Below, in pieces: positions 1 to 10,511 of a DNA stretch of 64,000 bases. The notes beneath the pieces were generated by a model, which saw only the letters and a list, made by a program, of their open reading frames with translations, ran no database searches and was not told where the DNA came from. A program made the translations under genes and the position numbers. Positions within the stretch are counted from its first letter, which is position 1, and the number at the start of each line of letters is the position of its first letter. Origin of the DNA: an uncultured Gemmatimonadaceae bacterium (GTDB lineage: Bacteria > Gemmatimonadota > Gemmatimonadetes > Gemmatimonadales > Gemmatimonadaceae); the NCBI GenBank assembly GCA_963829055.1, contig CAWHHI010000010.1, forward strand, positions 128,001 through 192,000. Direction: 5' to 3'.

Positions 1-1600
1 CGCCGCGGCGCATCATGGTGCGCAGGCTGTCGATGATCTCTCCGGCGCGGCGGTCCGCACTGACGATGTCCGCGAAGATGTCGCGAAGCTCGACGAGGTC
101 GGGCGCGTCCCGCGTCATGATGCGCTGGCCCGCCTGGGCATTGTTGAGGATGCTGCCGAGCGGCTGACCCAACTCGTGCGCGAGGGAACCCGAGAGCGCG
201 CTCAGCGTCGCCACGCGGGAAAGGTGCGCCAGCTCCTCCCGCTGCAGCTGCGCCTCCGCACCAGCCTGTTTTTGGCGCGTGATGTCCATCGAGACGCCGA
301 GCATTCGCGGAGGTGCGTCATTGGCGGCGGGGCTAACGCGGCCGCGCCCGGCGATCCATCGCACCGAGCCATCGGGCAGGATGATGCGATACTCCGCCTC
401 ATAAGAACCGGACGTCTCCAGCGCGTGCTGGATCGCTTTCGCACGCACAGCACTATCGTCTGGATGGACGCGCCCGGTCAGGCTGGAGAAATGAACGGGT
501 TCGCCCGGCGCGAAGCCGAAGAACTTCCGTCCTTCGTCCGTCATCCAGACCCTGTCGTTCGCCACGTCCCAATCCCACACCGCCAATTGTGCGCTCTCCA
601 CCGCCAGGCTCATACGCTCCTCACTGACGCGCAACGCCTCCTTGGACCGTCTTTCGTCATCGATGGCGACCGCGAGCAACATCAGTGGAGTGGCCACCAT
701 CAGCAGGAACAACTGCAGGTCCAGTGCGTTTTCCGAGGGGGTTTGCGTCAGGAACGGCCCACGTCCCTGCATTGTTCCCCAGATCGCCATGATCGTGATG
801 ACGAGCATGGAGGTGCCAATGCCTCCAAGCCCAAAGCGGAGGGCCGCCCAGATGAGAAAGGGAACTGGCGCATAGAGGAGCGCGGGCGAAGTGTTCGGTC
901 CCGCGGGCGACCAGTTGAAGGCGACCCATCCGACCGCGAGAATGCCCACGGCAAGGAAGCATGCTTCCAGAAAGCGTCTGGGTGAGGCTTTAGACCGTTT
1001 TACGAATAGCTGGTGGACGCCAATCAGGATGACCGGCACCAGCACGATCGCTGTCACTCCATTCGAGATGCCGAGATTGCGCCATTCGACCCAGTAGCGA
1101 GCTCCAAAGCCATAGGCGACGGTGAAGGCAGCGCCCCAGAAGGCCGTCCCGAACGGAACGATGACTACCGCAATCAGAACAAAAATGATGGCTTCACGAA
1201 GCGTGATGCGATTGAACGGCGACCTTATGAAGATGCGAATCCCGCCGGCCGTCAAAACGGTCTTCACGGCATTGAACGCCTCGCACTGCAGTGCATAGAG
1301 AAGCGGCCAGTGCGCTTGCTGCGTAGCGAAGAAGTGACTGGAAGCGGCGGCCAGCACATAGGCCCACCAGTGCCGGGTGGGGACGAGCAGCAGAATGGAA
1401 ACGAGGACCGCGTGCGGAGGAAAGAACAGCGATACCTTGCTATCGGGAAACGTCAGTACCCAGGCGGTTCGCGTCGCGAGATAATAGCCGGCACCAGCGG
1501 CCAGAATCCGGACTATGGTGCGGAGAGAGAACCCGGGTTGCTCGGTAGGCCGGGGGTCAGCGTGGAATTCCAGGTCGCCGTTCGCTCTTACTTGCGGCAC
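1..1600 (-). CDS. MASE1-PAS sensor histidine kinase (FixL/NodV-like), 3' end outside the window
   Basis: Not in the ORF track because there is no stop in the window. Manual minus-strand translation from GTG 1600 gives a MASE1-like membrane region (GYYLATRTAWVLTFPDSKVSLFFPPHAVLVSILL), a PAS/PAC region (VHPDD..YEAEYRIILPDGSVRWI..GVSMDIT) and an H-box (LSGSLAHELGQPLGSILNNAQA). The plus-strand ORFs here are shadows. Confidence 0.88.
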   Translation of the reverse strand, partial: MPQVRANGDLEFHADPRPTEQPGFSLRTIVRILAAGAGYYLATRTAWVLTFPDSKVSLFFPPHAVLVSILLLVPTRHWWAYVLAAASSHFFATQQAHWPLLYALQCEAFNAVKTVLTAGGIRIFIRSPFNRITLREAIIFVLIAVVIVPFGTAFWGAAFTVAYGFGARYWVEWRNLGISNGVTAIVLVPVILIGVHQLFVKRSKASPRRFLEACFLAVGILAVGWVAFNWSPAGPNTSPALLYAPVPFLIWAALRFGLGGIGTSMLVITIMAIWGTMQGRGPFLTQTPSENALDLQLFLLMVATPLMLLAVAIDDERRSKEALRVSEERMSLAVESAQLAVWDWDVANDRVWMTDEGRKFFGFAPGEPVHFSSLTGRVHPDDSAVRAKAIQHALETSGSYEAEYRIILPDGSVRWIAGRGRVSPAANDAPPRMLGVSMDITRQKQAGAEAQLQREELAHLSRVATLSALSGSLAHELGQPLGSILNNAQAGQRIMTRDAPDLVELRDIFADIVSADRRAGEIIDSLRTMMRRG

Positions 1601-1921
1601 TGCGTCCTCATTCGAGCCATTCGGTCTCCTCCAGGTTGCGCGAGACCGCGCAACGGCGAATCAGGGAGACAAGCGACGGCAGGATGCCCTCCCCGCTACG
1701 GTCGATGTGGGCGAGTTCGACAGCTGAGCGCAAGGGTCTCGAGGGGACGATAATCACCATCAGCAACAGGTTTGGCGCCGATGCGCTGCGTTCGATCAGT
1801 TGGGATTGCCGGGGTTCCAGTTCATCCAGGATCCGCTTGATTACGAAAGCCGTACCCATCATTCCAACATGGGCGCTAAGCCACAGCATCACCTAACGAG
1901 CAATTGTTCTTGGGAGGCTTC

Positions 1922-3229
1922 ATGAGCACGCTCTCGCGTCGTGACTTCGCCCGCTTCCTCGGCATCTCCGGTACGGCTGCCCTGGTTCCCCGCCCCGGGG
2001 GCGCGCAACGATTCGAGTCGTTCGCCGCGCTCTCTCGCGAGCTCGGCCCTCTTCCACGCACGCCCATCGAGCCGGACGAGGCATTCTGGCAATCGGTGCG
2101 CGCACGATTTCTGATTCCTCGAAACCTCGGATTTCTCAACGCCGCGAACTTGTGTCCGATGTCGCTTCCCGTGCTCGAGGCGATCGAGAAGAACGCGCGC
2201 AGCTACGAGCTCAATCCATCCCCCGACGCTCGGTCCCCGCTCCTGCACGCGCGTGAGGACGCGCGAGGGCTCCTGGCCGAGGCGCTCCGTGTCACGCCCG
2301 AAGAGTTAGTGCTTACCAGAAACACGACCGAAGGCAACAACTTCGTGTCGAGTGGACTGACGCTCGGCGCGGGCGATGAAGTGATCGTCTCGTCGGACAA
2401 CCATCCGAGCAACCTCAACGCATGGCGGCAGAAGGCGACGCGATTTGGTTTCACGGTCGTCACCGTCGCGCCGCCACCGTCGCATCCGGGCACTCGAGGG
2501 TATGTCGATCTGTTCGCGAAGGCGTTCACGCCGCGAACGAAGGTCCTCGCCGTCACGTATGTGAGCAGCAACTCGGGCGACATGCTTCCCGTTGCGGAGC
2601 TATGTGCCCTCGCCCGCGAGAAGGGCGTGCTCTCACTCGTCGACGGCGCCCAGGCATTCGGAGTGCTCGACGTCGACCTGAGCAAGATCAAGCCAGACTT
2701 CTTCACGGGGTCGATGCACAAGTGGCCGTGCGGCCCGAAGGAGAAGGGCGTGCTGTTTGTGAACAATGCCGTGCACGACCGGATCACGCCGTCGATCTAC
2801 GGTGTGTATGGAGGTGCGGTGGGCATTTCGAAGACGTTCGAGGCGGAAGGGCAGCGCGATGACGCAGCAATCGCCGCGGTCGTCGACGCGCTCAATTTCC
2901 AGGGCGGAATCGGGCGCGCGACGATCGAACAGCGTTCGCGGGCCTTGGCCGCCCATCTGATGACGAGCCTTCAGCGGCTGAACGGCGTCAAGCTCTGGAC
3001 CGATCCGTCGCCCGATCGCTCGGCCGCGATCGTGATCTTCAAACCAGGCAATCTCGATCCGCGGCCGCTCGGTGAGGCGCTGGCGAAGAACGAGAAGATC
3101 GTCGTGACGGCGCGTGCGGCGAATGGATCGAATCCGGGACTTCGCGCCGCGCCGCACTTCTACAACACGATGGAAGACGTCGATCGCTTCGTCGGCGCGA
3201 TCGGGAAGTACGTGAAGAATGGCGCATGA
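1922..3229 (+). CDS. Class V PLP-dependent aminotransferase (isopenicillin-N-epimerase/cysteine desulfurase-like) with Tat signal
   Basis: Tat motif [18 protein letters not shown] and PLP-lysine motif SMHKW; GGAGG upstream of ATG 1922. Confidence 0.88.
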   Translation: MSTLSRRDFARFLGISGTAALVPRPGGAQRFESFAALSRELGPLPRTPIEPDEAFWQSVRARFLIPRNLGFLNAANLCPMSLPVLEAIEKNARSYELNPSPDARSPLLHAREDARGLLAEALRVTPEELVLTRNTTEGNNFVSSGLTLGAGDEVIVSSDNHPSNLNAWRQKATRFGFTVVTVAPPPSHPGTRGYVDLFAKAFTPRTKVLAVTYVSSNSGDMLPVAELCALAREKGVLSLVDGAQAFGVLDVDLSKIKPDFFTGSMHKWPCGPKEKGVLFVNNAVHDRITPSIYGVYGGAVGISKTFEAEGQRDDAAIAAVVDALNFQGGIGRATIEQRSRALAAHLMTSLQRLNGVKLWTDPSPDRSAAIVIFKPGNLDPRPLGEALAKNEKIVVTARAANGSNPGLRAAPHFYNTMEDVDRFVGAIGKYVKNGA

Positions 3230-3314
3230 GCCGGTGAATCTAAAGTTCCCAACCGCCTGCCGCCGTTGGCCCGGCTATTCGGACTGAGATCATGTCAGAC
3301 GCCCAACACCGCCC

Positions 3315-4586
3315 ATGCCTACGATTCGCGATTTCCTAATGCTCGCCGCCGCACTGGCCACCGTCACGTCCTCGAGCGCGGCGCAGCGCCGGCCCGCTGC
3401 CGCAGACACGGCGTCACTGCTGGCGCACGCGCGCCGACTGCACCGGGAAGTGCCGATGATCGATACACACAACGATCTCCCGGAGATGATTCATAGCGGT
3501 GCTCATGGTGATCTCGACGCGATGGACCCAGACAAGACGCTCCCGATCGACACGGACATTCCGCGACTCAAGAAAGGGCTCGTCGGCGCCCAGTTCTTCG
3601 CCGCGTACGTGCCTTCATCGTTCATCGAGAAGGGCGGCGCCAGGTTCGCGCTCGAGGAGATCGACATCATCGATCGCTTCACTAGGGCGTCGCCGTCGCT
3701 CGAAGCTGCCCGCACCGCGGACGACATCACCCGGATTCACGCCAAGGGGAAGATCGCGTCGCTGATCGGGATAGAGGGCGGGCAGGCGATCGAAAATTCG
3801 TTAGGCGCGCTCCGCCTGTTCTTTCGCCTCGGCGTGCGATACATGACACTGACTCACAGCAGCACGACGCTGTGGGCCGACGCCGCGACCGACGAACCGA
3901 AGCACGGAGGCCTCACCCGCTTCGGCGAAGAGGTCGTGCGCGAGATGAATCGCCTCGGGATGATGGTCGACATCTCGCACGTGTCCGACGGGACGATGGA
4001 CGACGTCCTTCGCATCAGCGAAGCGCCGGTGATCTTCAGTCATTCCTCCGCGCGCGCGCTCGCCGATCATTGCCGCAACGTTCCCGACAGCATTCTGACT
4101 CGGCTCGCGAAGAACGGCGGAGTCGTGATGGTGAACATCTATCCAGGGTTCATCAACGCAACCGCGGCGAAGCAGGCCGCCAACGTGCTGGACAAGGAAC
4201 GCGAGTTCAAAGCCATGTACCCGAACGATCCGGATAAATCGGCCAAGGCGTTCACGGATTTCTTGAGCACATTCAAAACCGAGACGGGCACGCTCGAGGA
4301 AGTCGCGGATCACATCGACTACATCCGGAAAGTCGCCGGCATCGACCACGTGGGGATTGGCGCCGATTTTGGCTCGCTCACGCAGCATCCGACCGGACTC
4401 GACGATGTGTCCCGGTACCCGTATCTTACCGCCGAGCTGATTCGCCGGGGCTATACGGATTCCGAGGTGAAAAAGGTCTTGGGGCTCAACATCCTCCGCG
4501 TGATGCGGGAGGTGGAGCGAGCAGCTGTGCGAATCCAGCGAACGCGCGGGCCGTCCACCGCGACGATCGAGGAGTTACGCCAGTGA
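3315..4586 (+). CDS. Membrane dipeptidase (peptidase M19)
   Basis: IDTHND, GIEGG, RYMTLTH, DISHVS, FSHSSA and HVGIGADF motifs; signal peptide. Confidence 0.92.
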   Translation: MPTIRDFLMLAAALATVTSSSAAQRRPAAADTASLLAHARRLHREVPMIDTHNDLPEMIHSGAHGDLDAMDPDKTLPIDTDIPRLKKGLVGAQFFAAYVPSSFIEKGGARFALEEIDIIDRFTRASPSLEAARTADDITRIHAKGKIASLIGIEGGQAIENSLGALRLFFRLGVRYMTLTHSSTTLWADAATDEPKHGGLTRFGEEVVREMNRLGMMVDISHVSDGTMDDVLRISEAPVIFSHSSARALADHCRNVPDSILTRLAKNGGVVMVNIYPGFINATAAKQAANVLDKEREFKAMYPNDPDKSAKAFTDFLSTFKTETGTLEEVADHIDYIRKVAGIDHVGIGADFGSLTQHPTGLDDVSRYPYLTAELIRRGYTDSEVKKVLGLNILRVMREVERAAVRIQRTRGPSTATIEELRQ

Positions 4587-4624
4587 GTTCCTATTAGGCC
4601 CGCACTCCAGCCTTCCACGTCAGG

Positions 4625-5974
4625 TCAGCGATTGACCGGGAATTCCTGTATCCAGTGGAATCCGCGCGATATCAGCAAGAACTTGTTCAGGTCGTGCTGC
4701 GTCATTGCCATGCGCACGCGCTTGCCGCCCAGGTCTCCCTCGAATGTGAGCTTCGTCGGTGACGGCCGCTCGTATGCCAGCACCGACTTCCATGTACTGT
4801 CGCTGCCTTTCTTCAGATCGATCGTGCGCTTCACGGTGTCGATCGTACCGACGAAGCGATCGAACGACTGATCCATCTTCTGGAACGAGATGCCGCCGTT
4901 CAATGACTGAAACACCGCGTGCCCATATCGCAGACTGTCGGTCGTGAGCGGTGGCCGAATCTCGCCGTTGATCGCCATCGAGTCTACGTCCCAGATGCCA
5001 TAGAGCGGGGACTTCGGCGCACCGGGGCCGTACTGCTTGTAGCCCTGCGTTCCGCCATACACCGCGAGGCCGAGCGCCCAGACGGTGAACACCAGCAGTG
5101 CGGCGATCCAGCGGCGGTGTGACGACGCGCTCGGACCATAACGCGGCGCCGACGCCGGCACGACCGGGCGATTCAGCACGAACCAGTTGATCAGGCGACG
5201 CGCATCTGGCGCGATGAGAAAAATCGACATCAGCACCAGATGAAACGCGAACAGCTTCACCGGTACATCGTACGTCATGTTCACCATGAACACGCCGAAC
5301 GTCACGCCGAACGTCACGAGTGCGCCGATCAACCCCGTCCACGGCAACAACAACAGCAGCCCACCGAGCACCTCGGCCGATCCGATGAAGCGTTCGTATC
5401 CTGGTGCGGCGCCGATCGAGTACCAGATCACTCCCATCGGCGAGAAGTCGCCGTATGGCTCGAGCAATCGACTGAGGAACACCGTCGGCATCTGCAGCGG
5501 AAATACTTTCGCGAAGCCGTACGAGAACATCGTTGTGCCAAGCGCGACTCGAAGAAACAGTCGGAACCATTTCTGGAGACGGGGATAGCTCGTCGTTCGG
5601 CGCGCGACGATCGACCAGACGACGGTGCCGAGGGCTGCCAGTAATACCAGGGTGAAGGCGTGCGTCCAGTCGAACAGCGTGTCGCCACTTCCGGTCGGAT
5701 GCACCGTGGGCGTTACACCGAGTACGTGATTGCCGACCCAGAGCACGAGAGGGCGTATCGGCAACTTTTCGGCAAGCACCGGCACGCGGAACTTCGGGAT
5801 CGGCAGCATGCCCGCAAGCATCTGCGTCGTGAGGACGTAGATGCCGAAGTAGAGGAAGCAGAACCGGAAGGCAATGCGGGCGGCGGGAGACCACGCGCCT
5901 TCGCTCTGTTGTTGCGGTTCTGGCACCACGCTCGACGGCGAGCGCTCCGTGATGTAGTCGGCGGTGAGAGTCAT
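4625..5974 (-). CDS. DoxX-like multi-pass membrane protein
   Basis: Several TM segments; YGFAKVFPLQMP..LLEPYGDFSPMG and NMTYDVPVKLF motifs. Confidence 0.75.
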   Translation of the reverse strand: MTLTADYITERSPSSVVPEPQQQSEGAWSPAARIAFRFCFLYFGIYVLTTQMLAGMLPIPKFRVPVLAEKLPIRPLVLWVGNHVLGVTPTVHPTGSGDTLFDWTHAFTLVLLAALGTVVWSIVARRTTSYPRLQKWFRLFLRVALGTTMFSYGFAKVFPLQMPTVFLSRLLEPYGDFSPMGVIWYSIGAAPGYERFIGSAEVLGGLLLLLPWTGLIGALVTFGVTFGVFMVNMTYDVPVKLFAFHLVLMSIFLIAPDARRLINWFVLNRPVVPASAPRYGPSASSHRRWIAALLVFTVWALGLAVYGGTQGYKQYGPGAPKSPLYGIWDVDSMAINGEIRPPLTTDSLRYGHAVFQSLNGGISFQKMDQSFDRFVGTIDTVKRTIDLKKGSDSTWKSVLAYERPSPTKLTFEGDLGGKRVRMAMTQHDLNKFLLISRGFHWIQEFPVNR

Positions 5975-6025
5975 GAGGTGTGACGATCGTGGAGGGTCCC
6001 GGTCCGCGTTCGAACCGACAACCGT

Positions 6026-6754
6026 ATGACAGGTGCCGGTCGTCCGCCATACTGGTCTGCGCGATCCGCCCCGGCAGGCCTACCGCGAAGATGTCCGATG
6101 GTGGCATGGGGACACATGCTGTGCTCGGCGTCGCGTCGAGTCGCCGCTTGCGGCGACGCCGGCCCAGGCTACGAGCTCGAGCCCGGAGCGCTGGCTGCTG
6201 CCCAGTGCTACCCGGAGCTTATCCCCGCAACGCTTCTCGGCTACGCGTGGGGTCTCGGATTGCTGGGAGCGGGATCGGCGATCATCGCGGCGGGGCGCCG
6301 ATGGTTCAACGTGCCGTACCCGCCAGTCCCCATCGCCGACTTTGCGTTTCAGCAGCGATTTCCGTGGGCCGCACCGCTCTTGCCGATCGGTTTTGCTCTC
6401 GTGTTGAGTGCGATCATCCTGTTCGCGACTGGATCGATGCAGCGGCGTCGCGGAATGCTGCCGCTTCTCTGCGTGCTGATCGGTGTCGCGGTCGTCAGCA
6501 CGTTCGCGGGCGTCGTATATCCGTTCGAGGCGGTCGCGTTCTCATCGCTGCTCGCGCTCGTCCCGATCTGCGTCGTGAGCGCCGGATTTCTGGCGAGCGT
6601 GATCGCGATCTCGGTCGCGATGGGCGTTCCGATCGCGATCGACCTGATGTGGGCGGGCGGGGAGTTCATGTCGTCCGGCATCATCGCCTTGCTGCTGCTG
6701 CTCGTGCCCGCAGCGTGGGCGATGCGGTTGTACGCGGCGGAACGGAAGGCCTGA
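6026..6754 (+). CDS. Hypothetical membrane protein, possibly a 5'-truncated fragment
   Basis: Hydrophobic multi-TM C-terminal region; the N-terminus looks non-coding and the start is uncertain. Confidence 0.45.
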   Translation: MTGAGRPPYWSARSAPAGLPRRCPMVAWGHMLCSASRRVAACGDAGPGYELEPGALAAAQCYPELIPATLLGYAWGLGLLGAGSAIIAAGRRWFNVPYPPVPIADFAFQQRFPWAAPLLPIGFALVLSAIILFATGSMQRRRGMLPLLCVLIGVAVVSTFAGVVYPFEAVAFSSLLALVPICVVSAGFLASVIAISVAMGVPIAIDLMWAGGEFMSSGIIALLLLLVPAAWAMRLYAAERKA

Positions 6755-6801
6755 TGTAGCCGGGTTTCCACCGCACGAGGACTGGAAGGGCGCTCGGTAG
6801 T

Positions 6802-8247
6802 TCACCGCGACTTCGCGGCCGGCTGCGCTGCGCGAAGTGCGCGCTCGCGCAGCGCCGCGAGCGCGGCCGGCGCGTATGCGCGACCGTCCGCAACCACGAG
6901 TGCGATGCGACGGGTGTTGCGAATGTCGCGGAGCGGGTCGGCATCGAGGACCATGAGGTCCGCGACGCACCCCGCGCACACGGTGCCGACCGTATCGCTG
7001 GCGAAGTAGCGTGCCGGCTCCGCCGTCGCGGTCCGCAGCGCGCGCCACGGGGAGAGGCCGGATCGCACCAGCGCTTCGAGCTCCGCGTGCATCCCAAACC
7101 CTGGGATGCTGTTGGGGAGTGGCGCGTCGGTGCCCGCGAGGATCGGAACTCCACTCTGCGCCAGCCCTCTCACCACCTCGAGCCGCTTCGTCCAGAGCGC
7201 GCGTCCGAGCACGCTCGCGTCCGGGGGCATGTCGGGCGGGATCTCTAGCGCGGCCGCCATCGCGGCGCGCAGCGTCGGCGGCAGGTAGTGCGCGAGCGTG
7301 TCCGACGGCAGTCGCTCCTTCGGGAGCGCCGCGAGCATCTCGAGCGCGACGAACGTCGGAGTCACCCATGTCGGGTCGGCGGCGATGTGGCGATAGACCG
7401 CCGTCTGGTCGCTCGTGCTGCACTCGCCGAGGACGGCCAGGTCGAGAGGATACGCGGCCGACAGTCGGACCGAGTCGGCTGCGGAGCACGGGTTCAGAAA
7501 GCCGTCGAGGTGCTCGAGGCTGCGCTGCCCGGAGTCCGCCGCTTCTTCGACGGTGACGTCGGACTGCAGGTGACCGGCGAGCGGCAGGCCGCGCGCACGG
7601 GCGGCGCGGGCGAGAGCGAAGAACGCGTCGCGCGGTACCAGCGCGTGCACCTTCACGAAATCCACGCCGAGTCCGGCGAGTGAATCAACGGCGGCGCGTG
7701 CCTGCTCGGGCGTGCGGACGACGAAGTGCGGAAGCGCCGCCTCGCCGCCCTGGACGTACGGACCCGAGGCGACGATGCGCGGCCCGGCGCGCGTGCCTCC
7801 GCGGATCTCGTCCCTCCACCGCCGGATGACGGCGAAGTCGCCGCCCATGTCCCGGACGCCGGTCACACCGTTCGCGATGTAGAGACCGAGCAGCGCCGCT
7901 CCATCCGGAACAGCCGTGTGCACGTGCATGTCCCACAGGCCCGGGATGACGAACTTGCCCGATGCGTCGACGACGCGGGCGTTCGCCGGGACCTTGATCG
8001 TGCTCCCCGCGCCCACGCTGACAATGCGTCCGCCATCGACGACGACGGTGCCGTCCCGGATCGGGATGGAGTCGGTCATCGTGTGGATCGTGGCGTGGAT
8101 GATGGCGAGGGGGCGGCGCGCGGGGACGGTCGGCGAGCCGCCCTGCTGCGCGTGGGCGGGCGCGGCGAGAGCGATGGCAAAGAGCGCGAGCGCGCGGCGA
8201 AGCGCCGGTCGCGGCTCGGGGATCTCGAACGAACTGGTGCTCGGCAT
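6802..8247 (-). CDS. Secreted amidohydrolase family protein
   Basis: VIPGLWDMHVH, NGVTGVRDMG, SLEHL, ILAGTD and ADLMVLDADPL motifs; signal peptide ending AHA-Q. Confidence 0.9.
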   Translation of the reverse strand: MPSTSSFEIPEPRPALRRALALFAIALAAPAHAQQGGSPTVPARRPLAIIHATIHTMTDSIPIRDGTVVVDGGRIVSVGAGSTIKVPANARVVDASGKFVIPGLWDMHVHTAVPDGAALLGLYIANGVTGVRDMGGDFAVIRRWRDEIRGGTRAGPRIVASGPYVQGGEAALPHFVVRTPEQARAAVDSLAGLGVDFVKVHALVPRDAFFALARAARARGLPLAGHLQSDVTVEEAADSGQRSLEHLDGFLNPCSAADSVRLSAAYPLDLAVLGECSTSDQTAVYRHIAADPTWVTPTFVALEMLAALPKERLPSDTLAHYLPPTLRAAMAAALEIPPDMPPDASVLGRALWTKRLEVVRGLAQSGVPILAGTDAPLPNSIPGFGMHAELEALVRSGLSPWRALRTATAEPARYFASDTVGTVCAGCVADLMVLDADPLRDIRNTRRIALVVADGRAYAPAALAALRERALRAAQPAAKSR

Positions 8248-8511
8248 TCGTGAGGGAGTGGCCGGAGTCGGGTCGAAGAAGCCTCGAAAGCTAAGGGGCG
8301 CGCTCGGCAGCGCTGGCATCATGGAACAGCCGTCCACGCTTTGATGACGTAGCGGATCGCGTTCGTGCTCTCGAGGTCCTCGGGTCGGTTGCGTCGAGCG
8401 CCATCGGCGAGCGCGATGGTTGCTACTTGGCACCGCTCGCGAGCTTCGACGCCCCGTTAGCCGGCGGCTCGGCGGCATCATCCCGGCTCGGCTTGGCGGA
8501 CTCCGCTCGGC

Positions 8512-8853
8512 TCAGTCCTGCTCGAAGCCGTCGGCGTCGCCCGCATCGCCGGCATCACCGGCATCGCCGGCGTCGTGCCCCCAATCGCCGCCGTCATGGT
8601 CGTTATGGTCGTGATGGTGGCTGTCGTCGGAGCCGTGATGGTGGTCGTGGTCGTGATGGTGATGGTGGCGATCGTGGCGACCCCGATGCGCGTCGCCGCC
8701 TGTGTGCGGGCCGTCGTCGGCCGCCCGGACGTCGGAGACGAGGCTGTCGTCCGCCGCATCGGCCTGCGTCGCCCGAGCGCGCCGGCGATACTGCGCGATC
8801 AGGTAGCCGCCGATCAGGAGCGCGACCGCCCCGGGGACCCAGCCGGTCATCAC
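8512..8853 (-). CDS. Small membrane-anchored His/Asp-rich low-complexity protein
   Basis: N-terminal TM helix, HHHHHDHDHHH tract and (GDA)n repeat; GGAGAG upstream. Confidence 0.55.
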   Translation of the reverse strand: MMTGWVPGAVALLIGGYLIAQYRRRARATQADAADDSLVSDVRAADDGPHTGGDAHRGRHDRHHHHHDHDHHHGSDDSHHHDHNDHDGGDWGHDAGDAGDAGDAGDADGFEQD

Positions 8854-8913
8854 GACTCTCCGCGACAGAGGTGTCGTTCGCCGTCCAGTATCTGGCTCTT
8901 TGCGGACGTTAGG

Positions 8914-9183
8914 TGGGAATCGGTTGGGGCGCTAGCTCCATGCCATCCTCGAGCGAAGGTGCAGATCGGGCTGGGGGCCATGATCGGTCTTCCGATCGCC
9001 GCACGGTCTATGTTCGAGCTCACCGGTACGCCCGATGGCGGTGGCTCCGTGGCGCAATCGATGGCGGTCGCGCTCGGCCTCTCGGCGGGGATCGTGCTAG
9101 CCGTGGGATTGGGGTCCTGTCTCGTGCCTACGCGGCGAGTCCTCGCGATCCAGGCGAGTGAGGCATTGCACGCGGACGCTTGA
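8914..9183 (+). pseudogene. C-terminal remnant of an FtsX/MacB-type ABC permease
   Basis: GIVLAVGLGSCLVPTRRVLAIQASEALHAD matches the typical permease C-terminus; no N-terminal part is present. Confidence 0.6.
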
Positions 9184-9213
9184 TAAGGACTCCATCACGA
9201 TCGCCGTCCTGCC

Positions 9214-9714
9214 CTAGGCGCCACGTTCACGACCGACGTAGGCGAAAGCAACGTAGTCGTTTCCGTTGAACACGAAGCCAGCCACTTCGTGCATTCCCAT
9301 CTTGGCGTGCGCGCGCAGCGATGCCGGGTTATCGCGCCGGATAAAAAGAATACCCTCCCGTCCTGGCAACAAGCACTGCAATTCCGCGAACATGGCCTGT
9401 GCCAAGCCTTTGCCACGCTCCTCGGCGCTCACGCAGATCGGGCCGTAAACATAGGCATCAGTTGCACCGGGATACGCGGCGAGCATCGCACGGATGATGG
9501 GAACATCGGCATTCATCTCCCGCGCGCTGGTCATCAGGTAGCCGGTGATGCGGCCACTGGATCGTGCGACGATCAACGGCATGGCACGCATCATTTCGGC
9601 GATTCGCGGACGTGGCAGGCTGGCCGAGAGCATGCCACCGCGCTCGGGCTGGTTTGCCGCCTGCAGTTCCAGGATACCGTCCAGATCGATCTCGGTTGCT
9701 CGGCTAATCTCCAC
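9214..9714 (-). CDS. GNAT family N-acetyltransferase
   Basis: YGPICVSAEERGKGLA acetyl-CoA motif and DNPASLRAHAKMG; GGAGGAGG RBS just after GTTAGGC (9735-9729). Confidence 0.85.
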   Translation of the reverse strand: MEISRATEIDLDGILELQAANQPERGGMLSASLPRPRIAEMMRAMPLIVARSSGRITGYLMTSAREMNADVPIIRAMLAAYPGATDAYVYGPICVSAEERGKGLAQAMFAELQCLLPGREGILFIRRDNPASLRAHAKMGMHEVAGFVFNGNDYVAFAYVGRERGA

Positions 9715-9819
9715 GCGCCTCCTCCAGCGCCTAACGCCCGAGTGATGGCACTTGCGTGAGCGCCGGTGATCGAGGATAGAATGGCATCGCCCGGGAAGAC
9801 GTCGGCGCGCGGCACCCGA

Positions 9820-10053
9820 TTACACCCGTCGACCGCGGACGCCCGAGGCAACCACCAGCAATCCCACAACGAGCACGAGCGCACCGGCTGTCATCCAGCC
9901 GACCGATCCCCCCTCCAGAGGCTTGCAGTTCGCCACACACAGGATCGGGCGGATGTGGACCAAGTCAGCCCCCTGCAACAGCCAGAGCAAGCCGAGGAGC
10001 GTCAGCGCAACGCCCAACAGGATCCGCGCGATGGCCCAGGAGCTCATGATCAT
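9820..10053 (-). CDS. Small two-TM hypothetical protein
   Basis: GVALTLLGLLWLLQGADLV..GWMTAGALVLVVGLLVV; GAGG RBS after GTTAGGC (10074-10068). Confidence 0.6.
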   Translation of the reverse strand: MIMSSWAIARILLGVALTLLGLLWLLQGADLVHIRPILCVANCKPLEGGSVGWMTAGALVLVVGLLVVASGVRGRRV

Positions 10054-10147
10054 ACCTCGAGGCTGACGCCTAACGTTCATCGGCCTGTTCCGTCGTAACC
10101 CGACCACCACGGCAACCGCTGATGACGGGACTCAAAGCCGGGCAGCC

Positions 10148-10231
10148 CTACGCCAGGGCGTTCCGGGCGATGACCTCGCGATGGAACGCGGCGCTCAGTT
10201 TGGGCCTGCGACGCTGCGTGGCGTAGTCCAC
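10148..10231 (-). pseudogene. C-terminal remnant of a GH1 beta-glucosidase
   Basis: VDYATQRRRPKLSAAFHREVIARNALA* resembles the conserved GH1 terminus (VDY-TQ-R-PK-SA). Confidence 0.6.
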
Positions 10232-10241
10232 ACAGCGCCGC

Positions 10242-10475
10242 GGCGCACTCCTCGCGCTCGAGGTGCGAATAACGCGGGTGCACGTGGCCGAAGCGGTACG
10301 ACTGCCCGGGCACCGGAATCGCATCGACCCCGATCGCTGGCGTCCGCTCATCATGAGCTTCCAGCAGTTCTACGGTCTCGGGGACCGCGTGCAGCCGTCG
10401 ACGCTCGCCGAGATTCCCGAGGAGGCGTATCGGCCGCGCGGGCCGGTCGTGCCTAACGTTACCCAGGCGGCGTGA
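10242..10475 (+). pseudogene. C-terminal remnant of a flavin reductase family (DIM6/NTAB-like) protein
   Basis: EVRITRVHV..NRIDPDRWRPLIMSFQQFYGLG..STLAEIPEEAYRP; N-terminus absent. Confidence 0.65.
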
Positions 10476-10511
10476 GCGAAGCCAACGAGCGCGGCCCGAG
10501 GAATCGAGGAT

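Noticed and set aside
176..1753. Long plus-strand ORFs here and other antisense ORFs such as 21666..23936 and 31997..33958
   Set aside because: These are shadow frames of recognisable opposite-strand genes in high-GC DNA.
1608..1892. 94-aa minus-strand ORF starting at a near-octamer (1891)
   Set aside because: No recognisable motif or RBS; cannot be supported as a gene.
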